From: a virus
Taxonomy: Duplodnaviria; Caudoviricetes
Direction: 5' to 3' (one strand)
Virus record (IMG/VR): IMGVR_UViG_3300005512_000290
Location: 1-26,122 of that record
DNA length: 26,122 nt
In this document: piece by piece, positions 5,806 through 15,827 of the stretch
Layout: every line of letters starts with the position of its first letter
Numbering within the stretch: position 1 is the stretch's first letter
Notes under the pieces: generated by a model
Seen by the model: the letters and a program-made list of their open reading frames with translations, nothing else
Databases searched by the model: none
What the model was told of the DNA's origin: nothing
Translations under genes and position numbers: made by a program

Positions 5806-6845
5806 GCGATCTCCATGCGGTGAATCTTGAACCGGATGTCTACATTCTCCAAGCAATACAGGTGCAGATACCGCCGGTTCTGCCGGGTTGCCGCGATAGC
5901 GCCGAGCCCAAGGTTTTTCGCCAGCGCGGTGCCAAGCGGGGCGCCGTTTGTCGGGAGCGTGGCCGTGCCTTGGTCGTAGGAGATCAGAGCCGCGCCGCTT
6001 GTGACGTGGAGCGCAAACCGCGTCGGGGTCGTGGTGATGTCGGTGAGGCTTAGCACCTGTTCGATCGTTGTAAAGTTGGTTCCACCGGTACACTCACGGA
6101 CGAGGATCGACGTATCGTCTGCCGCCCCGTCGTACCCAAACAGGAACCCGAGGTAGTTGTCCGCGTACCCCGGTGTGGCGCTTGTGGCCAGCCGCATCAA
6201 AAAGGACTGTGACGACGACGCCCCAAGGCCCGATGTGGAGATATAGATCGCGTATGGCGTGGTGTCTACGTCCTCGCCCAAGTCGAGCACAAGGTAAGAT
6301 CGCTTATTGGTAACGTTGCCGCGATGCTGAAGCACGCCAGATGCAAACGCGGTCCCGTCCGGGGTGCTACCACCCTCATAGCTCAGGGTCCACGACTCGC
6401 CGCCCACCGTGTGCGCGCCCTCGCCACCGCTGCCGCCCGTGCCGCCCGTTGTGAGGAAGTCGTAGGTAACCGCCGACGGGTCGATAATCGAGACGTAGGA
6501 ACCGCCACCACCCCCGCCACCCGTGCCCTCCATGAACACGGTGGTAACAACCGTGTCAGTGAAGGATCCGTCAGTCGCGACCGATTCGCAATGGAACGAA
6601 TCGCCCACGCTCGCGACCGCGGCGGTGAGGGTCGCGGTCGGGGTTGCCGTGGTCGAGCCGGTAACCGACACCGAAGACGCATCGGACGCCCTGGTGATGG
6701 TCGTTAGGACCGTAGCGCCGGCCCCAACGGTCAACGTAGGGGCGAAAGAATAGGGCGAGGTGGTATCTACCACGTCCCCGAGCGACGACGATACCGACGC
6801 ATCAGACGCGGCGCTCGCGGGCTGGTATGCGGTCAGCTCGGCCAC
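5802..6845 (-). CDS. Putative tail fiber / receptor-binding protein
   Basis: Thr/Ser-rich beta/Ig-like N-half, GTGGGGGGGS linker, beta-sandwich-like C-half; lies between tail tip genes and lysis genes. Confidence 0.6.
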   Translation of the reverse strand: MAELTAYQPASAASDASVSSSLGDVVDTTSPYSFAPTLTVGAGATVLTTITRASDASSVSVTGSTTATPTATLTAAVASVGDSFHCESVATDGSFTDTVVTTVFMEGTGGGGGGGSYVSIIDPSAVTYDFLTTGGTGGSGGEGAHTVGGESWTLSYEGGSTPDGTAFASGVLQHRGNVTNKRSYLVLDLGEDVDTTPYAIYISTSGLGASSSQSFLMRLATSATPGYADNYLGFLFGYDGAADDTSILVRECTGGTNFTTIEQVLSLTDITTTPTRFALHVTSGAALISYDQGTATLPTNGAPLGTALAKNLGLGAIAATRQNRRYLHLYCLENVDIRFKIHRMEIA

Positions 6846-6848
6846 GGC

Positions 6849-7211
6849 TCAGCCCCCCGCCTGCTCAAACCACATTTCGACCGCAACCGTGCTGGACTTG
6901 GACGCGACGAAAACCGAGGTCGCCCGCGTAACGGACGGGTCAGCCTTGCCCCCGTCGTCCAGCCGATATTCAAAGACAGCCGAACCAACGTGGGTGAACT
7001 TGTGCGTTGTGCTGCCCGATGCGCCCCCGTCCGTGGGCTCGGTGGCTCCGGTGATCCCGCTAACGGTCGCAATCCAAGCCGCGCCGCTCGCGTAAATGGA
7101 GACACGGTTAGCCCAAGGCGGGACCTTGATCTCCTGCCACGTCGTGCCCTGCGACGCAATCGCGTAGGGCAGCGGGTTGTTAGTCTCACCCGAGAGGTCG
7201 ATAGCAGCCAC
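6849..7211 (-). CDS. Small beta-rich virion (tail tip/fiber) protein
   Basis: Tight spacing in the tail operon; beta-strand-rich composition. Confidence 0.6.
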   Translation of the reverse strand: MAAIDLSGETNNPLPYAIASQGTTWQEIKVPPWANRVSIYASGAAWIATVSGITGATEPTDGGASGSTTHKFTHVGSAVFEYRLDDGGKADPSVTRATSVFVASKSSTVAVEMWFEQAGG

Positions 7212-7214
7212 GGA

Positions 7215-8795
7215 TTACCCCCAGGAGTCAGCGCGATCCGCAGGAAGGATCGACAACCTAAGCGACGTTTTGCCGCCCCGCCAATCGGGGGCAACAGAGG
7301 TTACCATAGCGGTAACCCCGCCGGCATACGTTAGCACAGTGCGTGCCAAACGTCCAGAAACAAGCGAGGATTGCAACGTAACAACGTCACCAGGGCACAA
7401 TCCCGCGAGACGCAAGCCACGACAATCCATCTTGATCGTCTCGCCAATCGACCACACCCAACGGTCAACACGATCAAGAATCGAGTTGCGCACCGGGCTC
7501 TCATTGTCGAAGACGTACCCGGACACGTCGTACTCATACGCGCCCCATCTGGTCGGTAGCGTCCCGGCGGACAGTCCGCTGGTCGTCGTGCTCGACCCGG
7601 ACGCGCTTATCACTCTCGCCGTCTGGTATTCGATCGGCTGGTCGCGGCTAAACCATTCGACCTCGACCGAGCCGGGGATGATGTCAGAATCCGCTACAGT
7701 TACGCCCGAATGATGCAGGACCGCACCACGGGACGTAATGTCCTGCGCCCCACGGATCGTCAGCCGGCCCGCTCTGGTACACAACCACGCCGCGTGGGAC
7801 TGCAACACACCAGACAACCAAGCCCCGGGATCGTCCGGTGGGGGATCGACCGCTACCCGCGTGGTCATCGTGCCGGACGACGGCGTAAACAGCGCAGTCC
7901 CGCACGCGATCAGGTCGTCAATATCGACCCACGACACCGGCAGCCCATAGCCCCAATGATAGGGGAGGTCGTCGTATGCTCCGTTGGTGCCCGTCGCCGT
8001 GCTGGTCAGGAGTCGCGCGGTGAGCACGTCGGGCCGACCTTGATCGTACCAAATCGGCGTGACCGCCGACCCAATCCCGGCCGTTACCGCGGTCGTGCCG
8101 AACGATCCGGTAGCGTCCAGTCCGGTAACTTGGGTGGCGGTTTTGGCGGTTCCACGGAGATAGAACGCGGTTCCGCCGGTCGGCTCGACCTTGAGCAGAA
8201 TGTAGCGCCCCGCGGGGAACTCGATAGCGGACGTACTCGCAAGGGTGATGGTTGCAGCGCCCGCGGTATACCCGGTCGTGTCTACCGCGGTCGGTAGGTA
8301 CGTTTCGTGGATGGTCAGGGCGGACAGGGCCGTAGCCGAGCGAGACGCCAGCGCAGACACCGCGCCCCAGCATTGCACCTCAATCACGCCCCGGCGGCGC
8401 TCAGAGACGCCCACGACCCGGCCAATAGTGACCTGCGAATAGTCGCCCCGCCCCATGCCCGGCAGCCCCACGGAGAGCCGTAGGAGCTGCCCGCGGCGCA
8501 TGACTTGGGCCACCGTCGCCCGGTCGGTATCGAGCAGCGTGAACGACCACGACTGATCATTGAACCGCCACGACACCGGGCTAACGCTTTGACCGTCCAC
8601 CCGTACCGAGGCAGGGTCAAGCGTGGTCCGCGCATCCGGGTAGGCGGCCGACGAATAGCGGGCGGGGACGTACATACCGCCGCGTGTGCCGTCCACAGCG
8701 GTCAGGGCGCCCACGACCTCAACCAGCCACTCGAGCGCGCCACCGGGCCCGCTCACGGCCGCTACAAGGTCGGGATTCCACGTCACGGCATCCAC
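7215..8795 (-). CDS. Minor tail protein (tail tip / baseplate-hub position)
   Basis: 526 aa, second gene after the tape measure; C-terminal LCPGDVVTL...VTSV...LRL pattern typical of hub proteins. Confidence 0.65.
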   Translation of the reverse strand: MDAVTWNPDLVAAVSGPGGALEWLVEVVGALTAVDGTRGGMYVPARYSSAAYPDARTTLDPASVRVDGQSVSPVSWRFNDQSWSFTLLDTDRATVAQVMRRGQLLRLSVGLPGMGRGDYSQVTIGRVVGVSERRRGVIEVQCWGAVSALASRSATALSALTIHETYLPTAVDTTGYTAGAATITLASTSAIEFPAGRYILLKVEPTGGTAFYLRGTAKTATQVTGLDATGSFGTTAVTAGIGSAVTPIWYDQGRPDVLTARLLTSTATGTNGAYDDLPYHWGYGLPVSWVDIDDLIACGTALFTPSSGTMTTRVAVDPPPDDPGAWLSGVLQSHAAWLCTRAGRLTIRGAQDITSRGAVLHHSGVTVADSDIIPGSVEVEWFSRDQPIEYQTARVISASGSSTTTSGLSAGTLPTRWGAYEYDVSGYVFDNESPVRNSILDRVDRWVWSIGETIKMDCRGLRLAGLCPGDVVTLQSSLVSGRLARTVLTYAGGVTAMVTSVAPDWRGGKTSLRLSILPADRADSWG

Positions 8796-9667
8796 CGCGG
8801 GCGACCCGTGGCGAGCGTCCCGGTAACCGGCTGGCCGAACGTCTCAGAGCCGAACCGAGACGCCGCGCCCAGGTCATCGTCACCGACCCGCGACTTGCGG
8901 AACGTGTTAGCGGGCATCCCCGAGGACACGCCAAGCCACTCGTCAAGGCTGTACCGCCCGATGGCGTCCGGGGTCGAATCCGCAGCACCCAGCGTGAACC
9001 CAGCGTCATAGAACGCAAAGAGGTCTTGCGGGTATTCGACCAACGGAAGGGAGAGCGTGTAGTTAAGGCGCCGGTCGTGCGTCAGCAGGTCGGGCGAGTT
9101 TGCCAACCTCGCAGGCAACCTTAGCACCGGGTAGAAGTCGCGATAGCGGACAAGCACCGGCCCCACGTCGTACCCGTTGAGGTATGCCGACGTGGTAACG
9201 GCCGATGTGTTGCCGCTTGTGTATGTGACCGTCTCGGCGCGCAACTCTCGGCCGGGCTGCTCGATCCTGATCTCGTCGCCCGAGGCAAACGCCGCCGAGC
9301 TATTCCAGCTCCCCCACGGGTCGCCAGCCGACAACGCTACCGAGGTGTCCCCCGCGTTGGGTGGCGTCCCGAATCGCGCCAGCGGCTTGTCCCCGTCCAG
9401 CGAAAACCCGACCGCCCCACCCGCCCGAAGGTGGATAACGACCGCCTCCAGATCCCTACGCAGCGACGCGGACGTGAACCGCTCTTTCACGATCGGGACC
9501 ATACGGGCGCGGCTTAGGTCGGTACGGTACGGTGCCATGTGGCCCGTAACGACTTCCTCAGCCTCAACCACATCGACCGGGCGCAAGTCGGACACAAAGC
9601 CAAGCGACACCTTTTTGAGCGTCCTCGACCCGCGGGGATACCAGTAGAGGTAGGGATCCTGCGCCAT
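8783..9667 (-). CDS. Distal tail protein-like minor tail protein, 294 aa
   Basis: Start reassigned to ATG 9667 (MAQDPYLYWYP), 1 nt after the TMP stop; call is by synteny. Confidence 0.6.
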   Translation of the reverse strand: MAQDPYLYWYPRGSRTLKKVSLGFVSDLRPVDVVEAEEVVTGHMAPYRTDLSRARMVPIVKERFTSASLRRDLEAVVIHLRAGGAVGFSLDGDKPLARFGTPPNAGDTSVALSAGDPWGSWNSSAAFASGDEIRIEQPGRELRAETVTYTSGNTSAVTTSAYLNGYDVGPVLVRYRDFYPVLRLPARLANSPDLLTHDRRLNYTLSLPLVEYPQDLFAFYDAGFTLGAADSTPDAIGRYSLDEWLGVSSGMPANTFRKSRVGDDDLGAASRFGSETFGQPVTGTLATGRPRWMP

Positions 9668-9668
9668 G

Positions 9669-11744
9669 CTATCCCCCGAAGACCGACGAAGACCGGAGCC
9701 CACCCGTACCGAACAGGCGCTCCAACTCGCGGCTAAGGTAGTCCGCAAAGTTGGAATCCGCAACCGGCGTCGAGACGTTGACCGTAACCCCGCCCAATCC
9801 AGCGAGGCCCATCCCGCCCCGAGACTGCGCGGCGGTGGTGCCGCTATTGCCGCCCATGGACGCGGGGCGGTTGACCGTCTCGCCCGCGTGCATCATGTAT
9901 AGGCCCGTCTGCGGGATCAGTCCGCCGATGGCCCGGCCAGGGATGCGAGACATGGAGGCCAGATCCGGCGCACCCTGACCCGTGGCGGCCTGCACCATCT
10001 GACCCTGGCTCCTCTCGCGATCGGATGTCCGCCCGTTGCCGTCCGAGCCGAACGAAAACAGGTCGCGGAACCAATCGCGGATCGCCTGCCACACGCCGCG
10101 CCACCACTCGACCAGACCCGCGGCGAAATGCACCGGGAGCTTGATCAGCAGAGCGGTGAACATTTTCGGCAGATTGGTTAGCAGCGTGGTTACCAGATTC
10201 ATCAACAGGGACGGCAAACGCTCAGCGAGGCGCACGATAAAGTCCGGCAGGTTTTCAAACCCAGCCGCAATATCGTTGATCGACTTGCTGATCTTGCCGA
10301 CCATCGCCCCGGCGCCCTCGGAACCCAGCGCGCTAAGCCCCTCGATAGCCCCGCCGATTCCGGCGCCCACAACGCCCCCCAGGGCCGCCCCGCCAGCGCC
10401 CCCGATGGCCCCACCGATTCCACGGCTCGCGGCCATGACGCCGGCCTGTAGCGCCCCGGACACGTTGCCCGAAATCGCCTGACCAAGCATCGCCCCGACC
10501 CGTCCGGCCATCGCCTCAAACATGCGGACGATAGAGCGTAGCCCCTGCTCGACCGGGGCGAGGATGCCATAAGCGTTGGCGGCCAACTCATCGAGGGCCA
10601 CGGCCACCTCGTCCACCGCCTCCTTTGCTGGGGCGGCGGCGGCTTCCACGACCTCGGCGGGGACCGTTCCGCTTGGTGCCGCGGCGCGCGACGACGTAAG
10701 GGCGCGGGCGTCCGTGGAGAAATCGCCAATCTCGTCCACTGCCTTCTTGATGTTGGGCAGCGTGTTCCATACTGTTAGCGCGGCTTCCTTTGCCGACTTT
10801 GCGATATCCTCCAGTCCACCCACCGCGATATCGCGCGCGGCACGGAAGTTGCCCGAGAATACATTCTCAATCACGCCCCCGAGCGTTTGAAACCCGGTAA
10901 TGATCGCCCGAATGGGGAGCAGCCACGCGAGCATTGCGTCTTTCCAGATCACCGCCATCTTTGCGCCGAAGATGACTCCCTCACCAAGCAGCAGCATGGC
11001 GTCAGTCATCCCGTCAATGCCGCCGACCGACTCAACGATCGAAGCCTTCGCCCCATCCAATGCGAGATTTAGCGCCGCCTGTGCGCGCTGCCAATCCCCG
11101 GAAGCCTTCGCAGCGCCGGGGCCGACGTTGACCCCGTACTTGTTTGCGACCTCAACGAAATCCTCCAACTCGCCCGTGCCGAGGGCCTGGAGCAGCTTTG
11201 TACCCTGCCGACCGAACGCGAGCGTCGCGGCGGTGGCCCGGTCTGTCTCGGTCGGCAACGCTTGGATCGCGGTAATCGTGTCGCGCAAGATTGCGTCGGA
11301 CGATCGCATGTTGCCCTCAGTGTCGTTGACACTGACACCCAACCGCGCGAACGCCTCGCCCGCCTCTTTGCTACCTTGTGCGACCGCTGCCAGCCGGTTC
11401 GTGAACCCTGCGACCACGCCCTCCATAGCCTGAAACCCAAGCCCCGAACCCTCCGCGGCCAGCTTCAAACCGTTGAGGGTGGTCGCCGCTACGCCCGTCC
11501 GCGTGGATGCGTCGAGCAGCGCGTTACGGGCGTCTACAACGTCCCGCACAAGGGCCGCAACGGCGACGGCAGCACCGGCCGCGGCGGTCGCGAATCCGGC
11601 GATCTCAGCGCGCGTAATCTTTGCCGATTGCGCTACCTTCTTCTGCTCAACGTCCAGCTCCTTGGCTTCGCCCGCGACCTCTTTGATCGCGCCGCTGGCC
11701 TCGTCCTGCACTTGGAGCGTAAACTTGACGATACCACCGGCCAT
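9669..11744 (-). CDS. Tape measure protein
   Basis: Ala/Gly-rich helical 691 aa; N-terminal VKFTLQVQDEAS, FARLGVSVNDTEGNMRS motif, C-terminal AIGG...MHAGETV motif; follows the chaperone pair; TGATG coupling. Confidence 0.92.
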   Translation of the reverse strand: MAGGIVKFTLQVQDEASGAIKEVAGEAKELDVEQKKVAQSAKITRAEIAGFATAAAGAAVAVAALVRDVVDARNALLDASTRTGVAATTLNGLKLAAEGSGLGFQAMEGVVAGFTNRLAAVAQGSKEAGEAFARLGVSVNDTEGNMRSSDAILRDTITAIQALPTETDRATAATLAFGRQGTKLLQALGTGELEDFVEVANKYGVNVGPGAAKASGDWQRAQAALNLALDGAKASIVESVGGIDGMTDAMLLLGEGVIFGAKMAVIWKDAMLAWLLPIRAIITGFQTLGGVIENVFSGNFRAARDIAVGGLEDIAKSAKEAALTVWNTLPNIKKAVDEIGDFSTDARALTSSRAAAPSGTVPAEVVEAAAAPAKEAVDEVAVALDELAANAYGILAPVEQGLRSIVRMFEAMAGRVGAMLGQAISGNVSGALQAGVMAASRGIGGAIGGAGGAALGGVVGAGIGGAIEGLSALGSEGAGAMVGKISKSINDIAAGFENLPDFIVRLAERLPSLLMNLVTTLLTNLPKMFTALLIKLPVHFAAGLVEWWRGVWQAIRDWFRDLFSFGSDGNGRTSDRERSQGQMVQAATGQGAPDLASMSRIPGRAIGGLIPQTGLYMMHAGETVNRPASMGGNSGTTAAQSRGGMGLAGLGGVTVNVSTPVADSNFADYLSRELERLFGTGGLRSSSVFGG

Positions 11745-11974
11745 CACAGACTCCCGAGCATTACGACAGGGACAACGCCGGGGATTAGGCCGTTGCCCTT
11801 AGATGCCGCCCGGCCGATCGCGTGCTCCTGATAGGCCCGCCCCGCATCGGCACACACCACGTCGATACACAGCGCCTCCCACGGGTCATCGATCCCGATC
11901 AGGCTTGACGGGCGCTGGCTGTACCGACGGGCAGTGAGGTCAAGCAATAGGGGGGCATCCTTGTCAGCCGCGAA
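11744..11974 (-). CDS. Tail assembly chaperone frameshift extension (gpT-like part)
   Basis: Open +1 frame FAADKDAPLLLDLTARRYSQRPSSLIGIDDPWEALCIDV... that ends exactly at the TMP start; entered via TTT_CGC. Confidence 0.65.
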   Translation of the reverse strand, partial: FAADKDAPLLLDLTARRYSQRPSSLIGIDDPWEALCIDVVCADAGRAYQEHAIGRAASKGNGLIPGVVPVVMLGSL

Positions 11975-12407
11975 ACGAGCGCGCCCGGAGCGCGCCCTCC
12001 ACCATCGCGCGGGTTGCGACTTCGACCACCTCGTTAAGCGCGCCAGAACCGCGCGAGAGCATCGAGACGGACACAAGCGGGGGCACGGCGGTCAGGTCCG
12101 CACGGGCCGGGAACGCCAGCCGCACAGGCTCCCAACCGTCGCCCGTATCCACCGCCTCGACCGCCTGACATGCGATCCGGTCGGCGTACTCCGCAAAGTC
12201 TGCGACCTGCTCAAGATCGGGCGATGGCGCCACCGTCTCGGCGTCGCCCTCGGGAGCGACCGCCATAGCCAGCGCGCCCAGACCCTTACCCGCGCGGGCA
12301 CCGTCTGCCGGCGTAAGCACCCGCACGCGCCACCTGATTGTCTGCTCCCCAATGGTTTGGGTGACTTCTTCGGACGTGTACGATGCGGCCAGATCAGAGA
12401 TACCCAC
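11964..12407 (-). CDS. Tail assembly chaperone (gpG-like), 147 aa
   Basis: GTG 12407 with AAGGAGG SD; between tail tube and TMP; ends TCG TTT CGC GGC TGA. Confidence 0.78.
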   Translation of the reverse strand: MGISDLAASYTSEEVTQTIGEQTIRWRVRVLTPADGARAGKGLGALAMAVAPEGDAETVAPSPDLEQVADFAEYADRIACQAVEAVDTGDGWEPVRLAFPARADLTAVPPLVSVSMLSRGSGALNEVVEVATRAMVEGALRARSFRG

Positions 12408-12417
12408 GGGACCCTCC

Positions 12418-13365
12418 TTAGTTTGCGACTGCGCTGCTCGACCCGTTGACGATCGCGATCTCAAAGGATGGATCGTTCTCGTCAGCGTAACCAGTCAAGC
12501 TAAGCGACTCAGTGATAACACCGTAGTCGCTAATGTCACTATTCACGTCCGTAATCTTTGCGTTCCGCAGGAGAATCGTAAGCGCGTTGGGCGAGGTGCT
12601 GCCCGTCGCGGTCATGGTCGCGTCCTGCTGGGTCCCCGCGATGTGCGCGGCGTACTGGGTATCATCCCGATAGGACCGGGTGATCTCGGCCGTCACGCGC
12701 CGCATGGAGCCGATCGTGGGCTCCTGGGTCTGACCGCTGCCAAGCTCGTCAACCCGCGTAAGGTTGTTCTGAACAGAGTAGGTAGCCGACCGAAGGCCCG
12801 CGACCGCCCCGCCCCATGCAAGCGCCCAAGCGTGGCTGTGCTTCGCGAACTCGCCCGTGCCGAACGTGGGCGTGCCGGCCGAACCGCGGGCGGCGCTGGT
12901 CTGCCCGATGAAATCGACCGTCAGGGTGGCGACCTGATTGGAGTCGATCGCGATCTCCATGGAGTTAACCTTGCACCCCTCAAAAACCTGCGAGTTACCC
13001 GAGGTGCCGCGGATAACCTCCAGCGTCAGCGAGCTAAGCGTGGCGGACATCGCGTAGGTATGGGTGTAGGGCGACCCGGTGCCGGCCGTGGTCGCTCCAC
13101 CCATTGCGGCGCCGATCAGCATCCCGCAGCCGTCGTACCGCAGCTTACAGACGATCCGCCCGGTCACCTCCTCGCGGGCATCGAAGCTGTCTCGCACGTC
13201 GCCCGCGTCGCCGTGGACAAGGTGGTTCACGTCCTCGGTAACGATCTTGCGGTTGAGTGTGACGCTCTCAACCTTGATCCAGTTGGTGCGGCTGACGGCG
13301 GTGCCCCAGGTGGACTCAACGCCGATGCCCACGGCAGTACCGCGGCCAGAGTAGGGGACAGCCAT
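12418..13365 (-). CDS. Major tail (tube) protein, 315 aa
   Basis: ATG 13365 with CAGGAG SD; GIGVESTWGTA and SLTLEV...FEGCKVNSMEI...LTVDFIG tail-tube pattern. Confidence 0.85.
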   Translation of the reverse strand: MAVPYSGRGTAVGIGVESTWGTAVSRTNWIKVESVTLNRKIVTEDVNHLVHGDAGDVRDSFDAREEVTGRIVCKLRYDGCGMLIGAAMGGATTAGTGSPYTHTYAMSATLSSLTLEVIRGTSGNSQVFEGCKVNSMEIAIDSNQVATLTVDFIGQTSAARGSAGTPTFGTGEFAKHSHAWALAWGGAVAGLRSATYSVQNNLTRVDELGSGQTQEPTIGSMRRVTAEITRSYRDDTQYAAHIAGTQQDATMTATGSTSPNALTILLRNAKITDVNSDISDYGVITESLSLTGYADENDPSFEIAIVNGSSSAVAN

Positions 13366-13381
13366 TAGCGGCTCCTGCTGA

Positions 13382-14137
13382 TTAGGTTTCGTCCGCGTCA
13401 ATCACGCGGAGCAAAAAACGGGGGTTGATCACGCGGCCCGAGGTCGTGGTAATGACCGTCTCGACCGTGTAGGTGGAACCATCCGATCCGGCTTTGAGCC
13501 AAACCCGAATGCGGTTATCGGCGGTCATTCGGATCTTCGTCTCGTCGTACATGGCGGACTGATCCGCACCGGCCAGGGTGACCGAATACGCGACGGATTC
13601 GACCTCCTCGCAATCGGTCCGGTCGTTGTACGCCACCCGTCGCTTGGCAAGTCGCGGCCCCACGTCGAGCCAAACCGCGATCGTCTCGTCGGTTGACTTG
13701 TCAACGATCTGCGCCGGGGATGCGCTGCCCGGGGTGCCCGTGGTCGCGGCCAGGGTCGGCCCGTCAACGCCGCACGTCCAGACGTAAGCGTTGCGGGGCG
13801 TGCTCGCGGTGAACGATCCTTCGTTGGTCGTGTCAGTCCCGCCCGTGTAGAGCCAGAGGACCGCGAAGACCTGTTCAGCGGGCGGCGTCCAGTTGTCGAT
13901 CTCAATGGTCGCGGTCCCGCCCGATGCCGAATAGGACCACGCGGCAGCCTGCCACGTTAGATCGGTCGTGCCGTCCGCGTCGGTGATCCGAATGTTTGAC
14001 TTGTCGTTGGCCACGACCGACCAAAACTCAGGGAGGTCGGCCGGGATCGCAAAGGTCAGATCGATCGCACTTGTGCCCGCGGTTAGTTTGTCCACCACGA
14101 TCGGGATTCTAACGGTGCGGTCGGCCTTCCAAGACAC
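13382..14137 (-). CDS. Virion protein: DUF2341-like N-domain plus Ig-like fiber/tail adaptor C-domain
   Basis: NIRITDADGTTDLTW...LWLYTG resembles DUF2341; KSTDETIAVWLD...VWLKAGSDGSTYTVETVITTTSGR resembles phage Ig-like adaptor domains; TAGTG coupling. Confidence 0.55.
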   Translation of the reverse strand: MSWKADRTVRIPIVVDKLTAGTSAIDLTFAIPADLPEFWSVVANDKSNIRITDADGTTDLTWQAAAWSYSASGGTATIEIDNWTPPAEQVFAVLWLYTGGTDTTNEGSFTASTPRNAYVWTCGVDGPTLAATTGTPGSASPAQIVDKSTDETIAVWLDVGPRLAKRRVAYNDRTDCEEVESVAYSVTLAGADQSAMYDETKIRMTADNRIRVWLKAGSDGSTYTVETVITTTSGRVINPRFLLRVIDADET

Positions 14138-14607
14138 TACATAACCCCGTCAAGATAGAAGCGGACATCAACCCGGGCGAACACTACGCCGAACTTTAGC
14201 CCATTGCCGTACTGTTGTCCATCCAAAGATTCCCAACCGATGAACTGAACATCATTAACCGAACCGCTTAGTGAGCGATCGCTACGGAAGGCGAGGAACA
14301 GATCGTAGCCAAGCCGCTCGGCAGCGGTCACACGGCCCGTTGCCGAATCGCTCAGCCCGGCGACGAACCCCATTAGGTTGATTTGCTGGGTCACGTCATA
14401 GTCGCCAATCTCGGGACCGGGCGGCGTGTTCGCCCGCTCGCTCCAGACGTAGACGATCGGCGCGTTTACGGCCGTCTCAGGGGGCGCCCCGTTGACGACC
14501 GCGCCCGTTCCGGTGAGGTCGTAGGTGTACGCCCCCGTGCCGTCAATGGCCGTCGAGAGCAGCGTAACGATCGCGTCTCTTTTGGTTTCCAGTGGGGACG
14601 CCGGCAT
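14137..14607 (-). CDS. Tail terminator / tail completion protein
   Basis: 156 aa; PIVYVW...DRSLSGSV...VDVRFY pattern; synteny. Confidence 0.65.
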   Translation of the reverse strand: MPASPLETKRDAIVTLLSTAIDGTGAYTYDLTGTGAVVNGAPPETAVNAPIVYVWSERANTPPGPEIGDYDVTQQINLMGFVAGLSDSATGRVTAAERLGYDLFLAFRSDRSLSGSVNDVQFIGWESLDGQQYGNGLKFGVVFARVDVRFYLDGVM

Positions 14608-14610
14608 GCC

Positions 14611-15204
14611 TTAGCCCTCCTGCCCAAACAGTTGGAGCATCTGCGTACCAATCCGGCCGCGGAATCCTTCGGCCGCCTCGGTGAACGCCGGCCCAAGGAA
14701 GGGGCGCGCGGGGATCTTGACCTCGCGCTTGAGGATGAACATAGCGACGCCGGACGAATCGATCAACATAGGTTGGCCAGACTTGCCTTGTGCCCAACTC
14801 AGGTCCATGTCTCGCGCGCTCGGCACCCGCGCAACCCCGGCGCGCGTCTTGGCCTCCTGGGTCGGGATCGTCAGGAACTTGGCGCGCTTGGGTCGAATGG
14901 TCCCGCCGACCTCATGGATGCGGGCGTATACCACATCGTTACCACCGTGCCGCCCACCCGCGGATAGGGACAGCTCGGGGCCTTGTGGGCCATCCTCGAC
15001 CCGGGACGCAATGGAGTTGGCCAGATCGCCCGACCTGCGGTTTAGCCCCGACTTGCCCCCGGTTGTGACGGACAACTTAGCCAGCGCCTCACCCTTTAGG
15101 CCCGTCGCAACCAGGGCAGCGGCGATCACATCCTTGACCCGGCCAGCCTGAGCGGTCTTGGTCAGCAGCGCGGCAAACTCCGCAGGGGTGAGCGGGTCAG
15201 CCAC
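14611..15204 (-). CDS. Neck/tail-completion protein (HK97 gp10-like / virion morphogenesis), 197 aa
   Basis: Start reassigned to GTG 15204 (TAGTG overlap). RSGDLANSI, VYARIHEVGG and IPARPFLGPA motifs. Confidence 0.82.
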   Translation of the reverse strand: MADPLTPAEFAALLTKTAQAGRVKDVIAAALVATGLKGEALAKLSVTTGGKSGLNRRSGDLANSIASRVEDGPQGPELSLSAGGRHGGNDVVYARIHEVGGTIRPKRAKFLTIPTQEAKTRAGVARVPSARDMDLSWAQGKSGQPMLIDSSGVAMFILKREVKIPARPFLGPAFTEAAEGFRGRIGTQMLQLFGQEG

Positions 15205-15824
15205 TACGCGATCCCGTTCTGGTGTAGGACGTAATGGGCGAGGGTGTCCCGCACGTCCTGCATCAGATCGCGCGGAGCAAACCGAACCGACGCGCCGCCC
15301 TGGCTTGTGTTCTCGGAGCCGGCCCGCTGAATCCCTCGATACCAAGCGATAGTCTGGACGATCGCGGCGTGCTTGAGGTCGTCGGGAATGGTCGAGAAGC
15401 CCGCCGCGCAAACGATCTTGACCGCCGCGAACGACGCCGACCAGCCCCCATGGGACCGCGTGGGGCGCAGCGAGACAAGCCCCGTATCACCGTCGAGATC
15501 GTAATCATCGGACGACACAAGATCGCCCGACCCGTAGTCGCGATCGCTGTCGTCGTGGATGCTCGTCACGGACGTGACAGGGACCGCCGGGATCATGATC
15601 GCGGTGGTCGAGAGCCGCAGGATCGGAGACGCGCCCCGGTCGGTGTAGAGCGTGTAAGACGCGGACTCCATGGTAGGATTCGCGCCAACCGATGCCGGCG
15701 GGTAGTTGCAATGCCGAGCGAACACCGCGCCCACATTGGCGATCACGTCGTCCAGCCGGCTATCGTCTGCGGTGGTGAGCGAGGCATCATAGGCCCGCAC
15801 GTCAGCGGCGCTACACAGTGCCAT
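15204..15824 (-). CDS. Head-tail connector/adaptor (HK97 gp6 / SPP1 gp15-like)
   Basis: MALCSAADVR start; PVTSVTSI, AGFSTIPDDLKHAAI, LAHY motifs. Confidence 0.82.
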   Translation of the reverse strand: MALCSAADVRAYDASLTTADDSRLDDVIANVGAVFARHCNYPPASVGANPTMESASYTLYTDRGASPILRLSTTAIMIPAVPVTSVTSIHDDSDRDYGSGDLVSSDDYDLDGDTGLVSLRPTRSHGGWSASFAAVKIVCAAGFSTIPDDLKHAAIVQTIAWYRGIQRAGSENTSQGGASVRFAPRDLMQDVRDTLAHYVLHQNGIA

Positions 15825-15827
15825 TAC

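Noticed and set aside
12418-14607. Contractile tail, tailocin or eCIS
   Set aside because: No sheath or baseplate wedge genes; full head and packaging module present.
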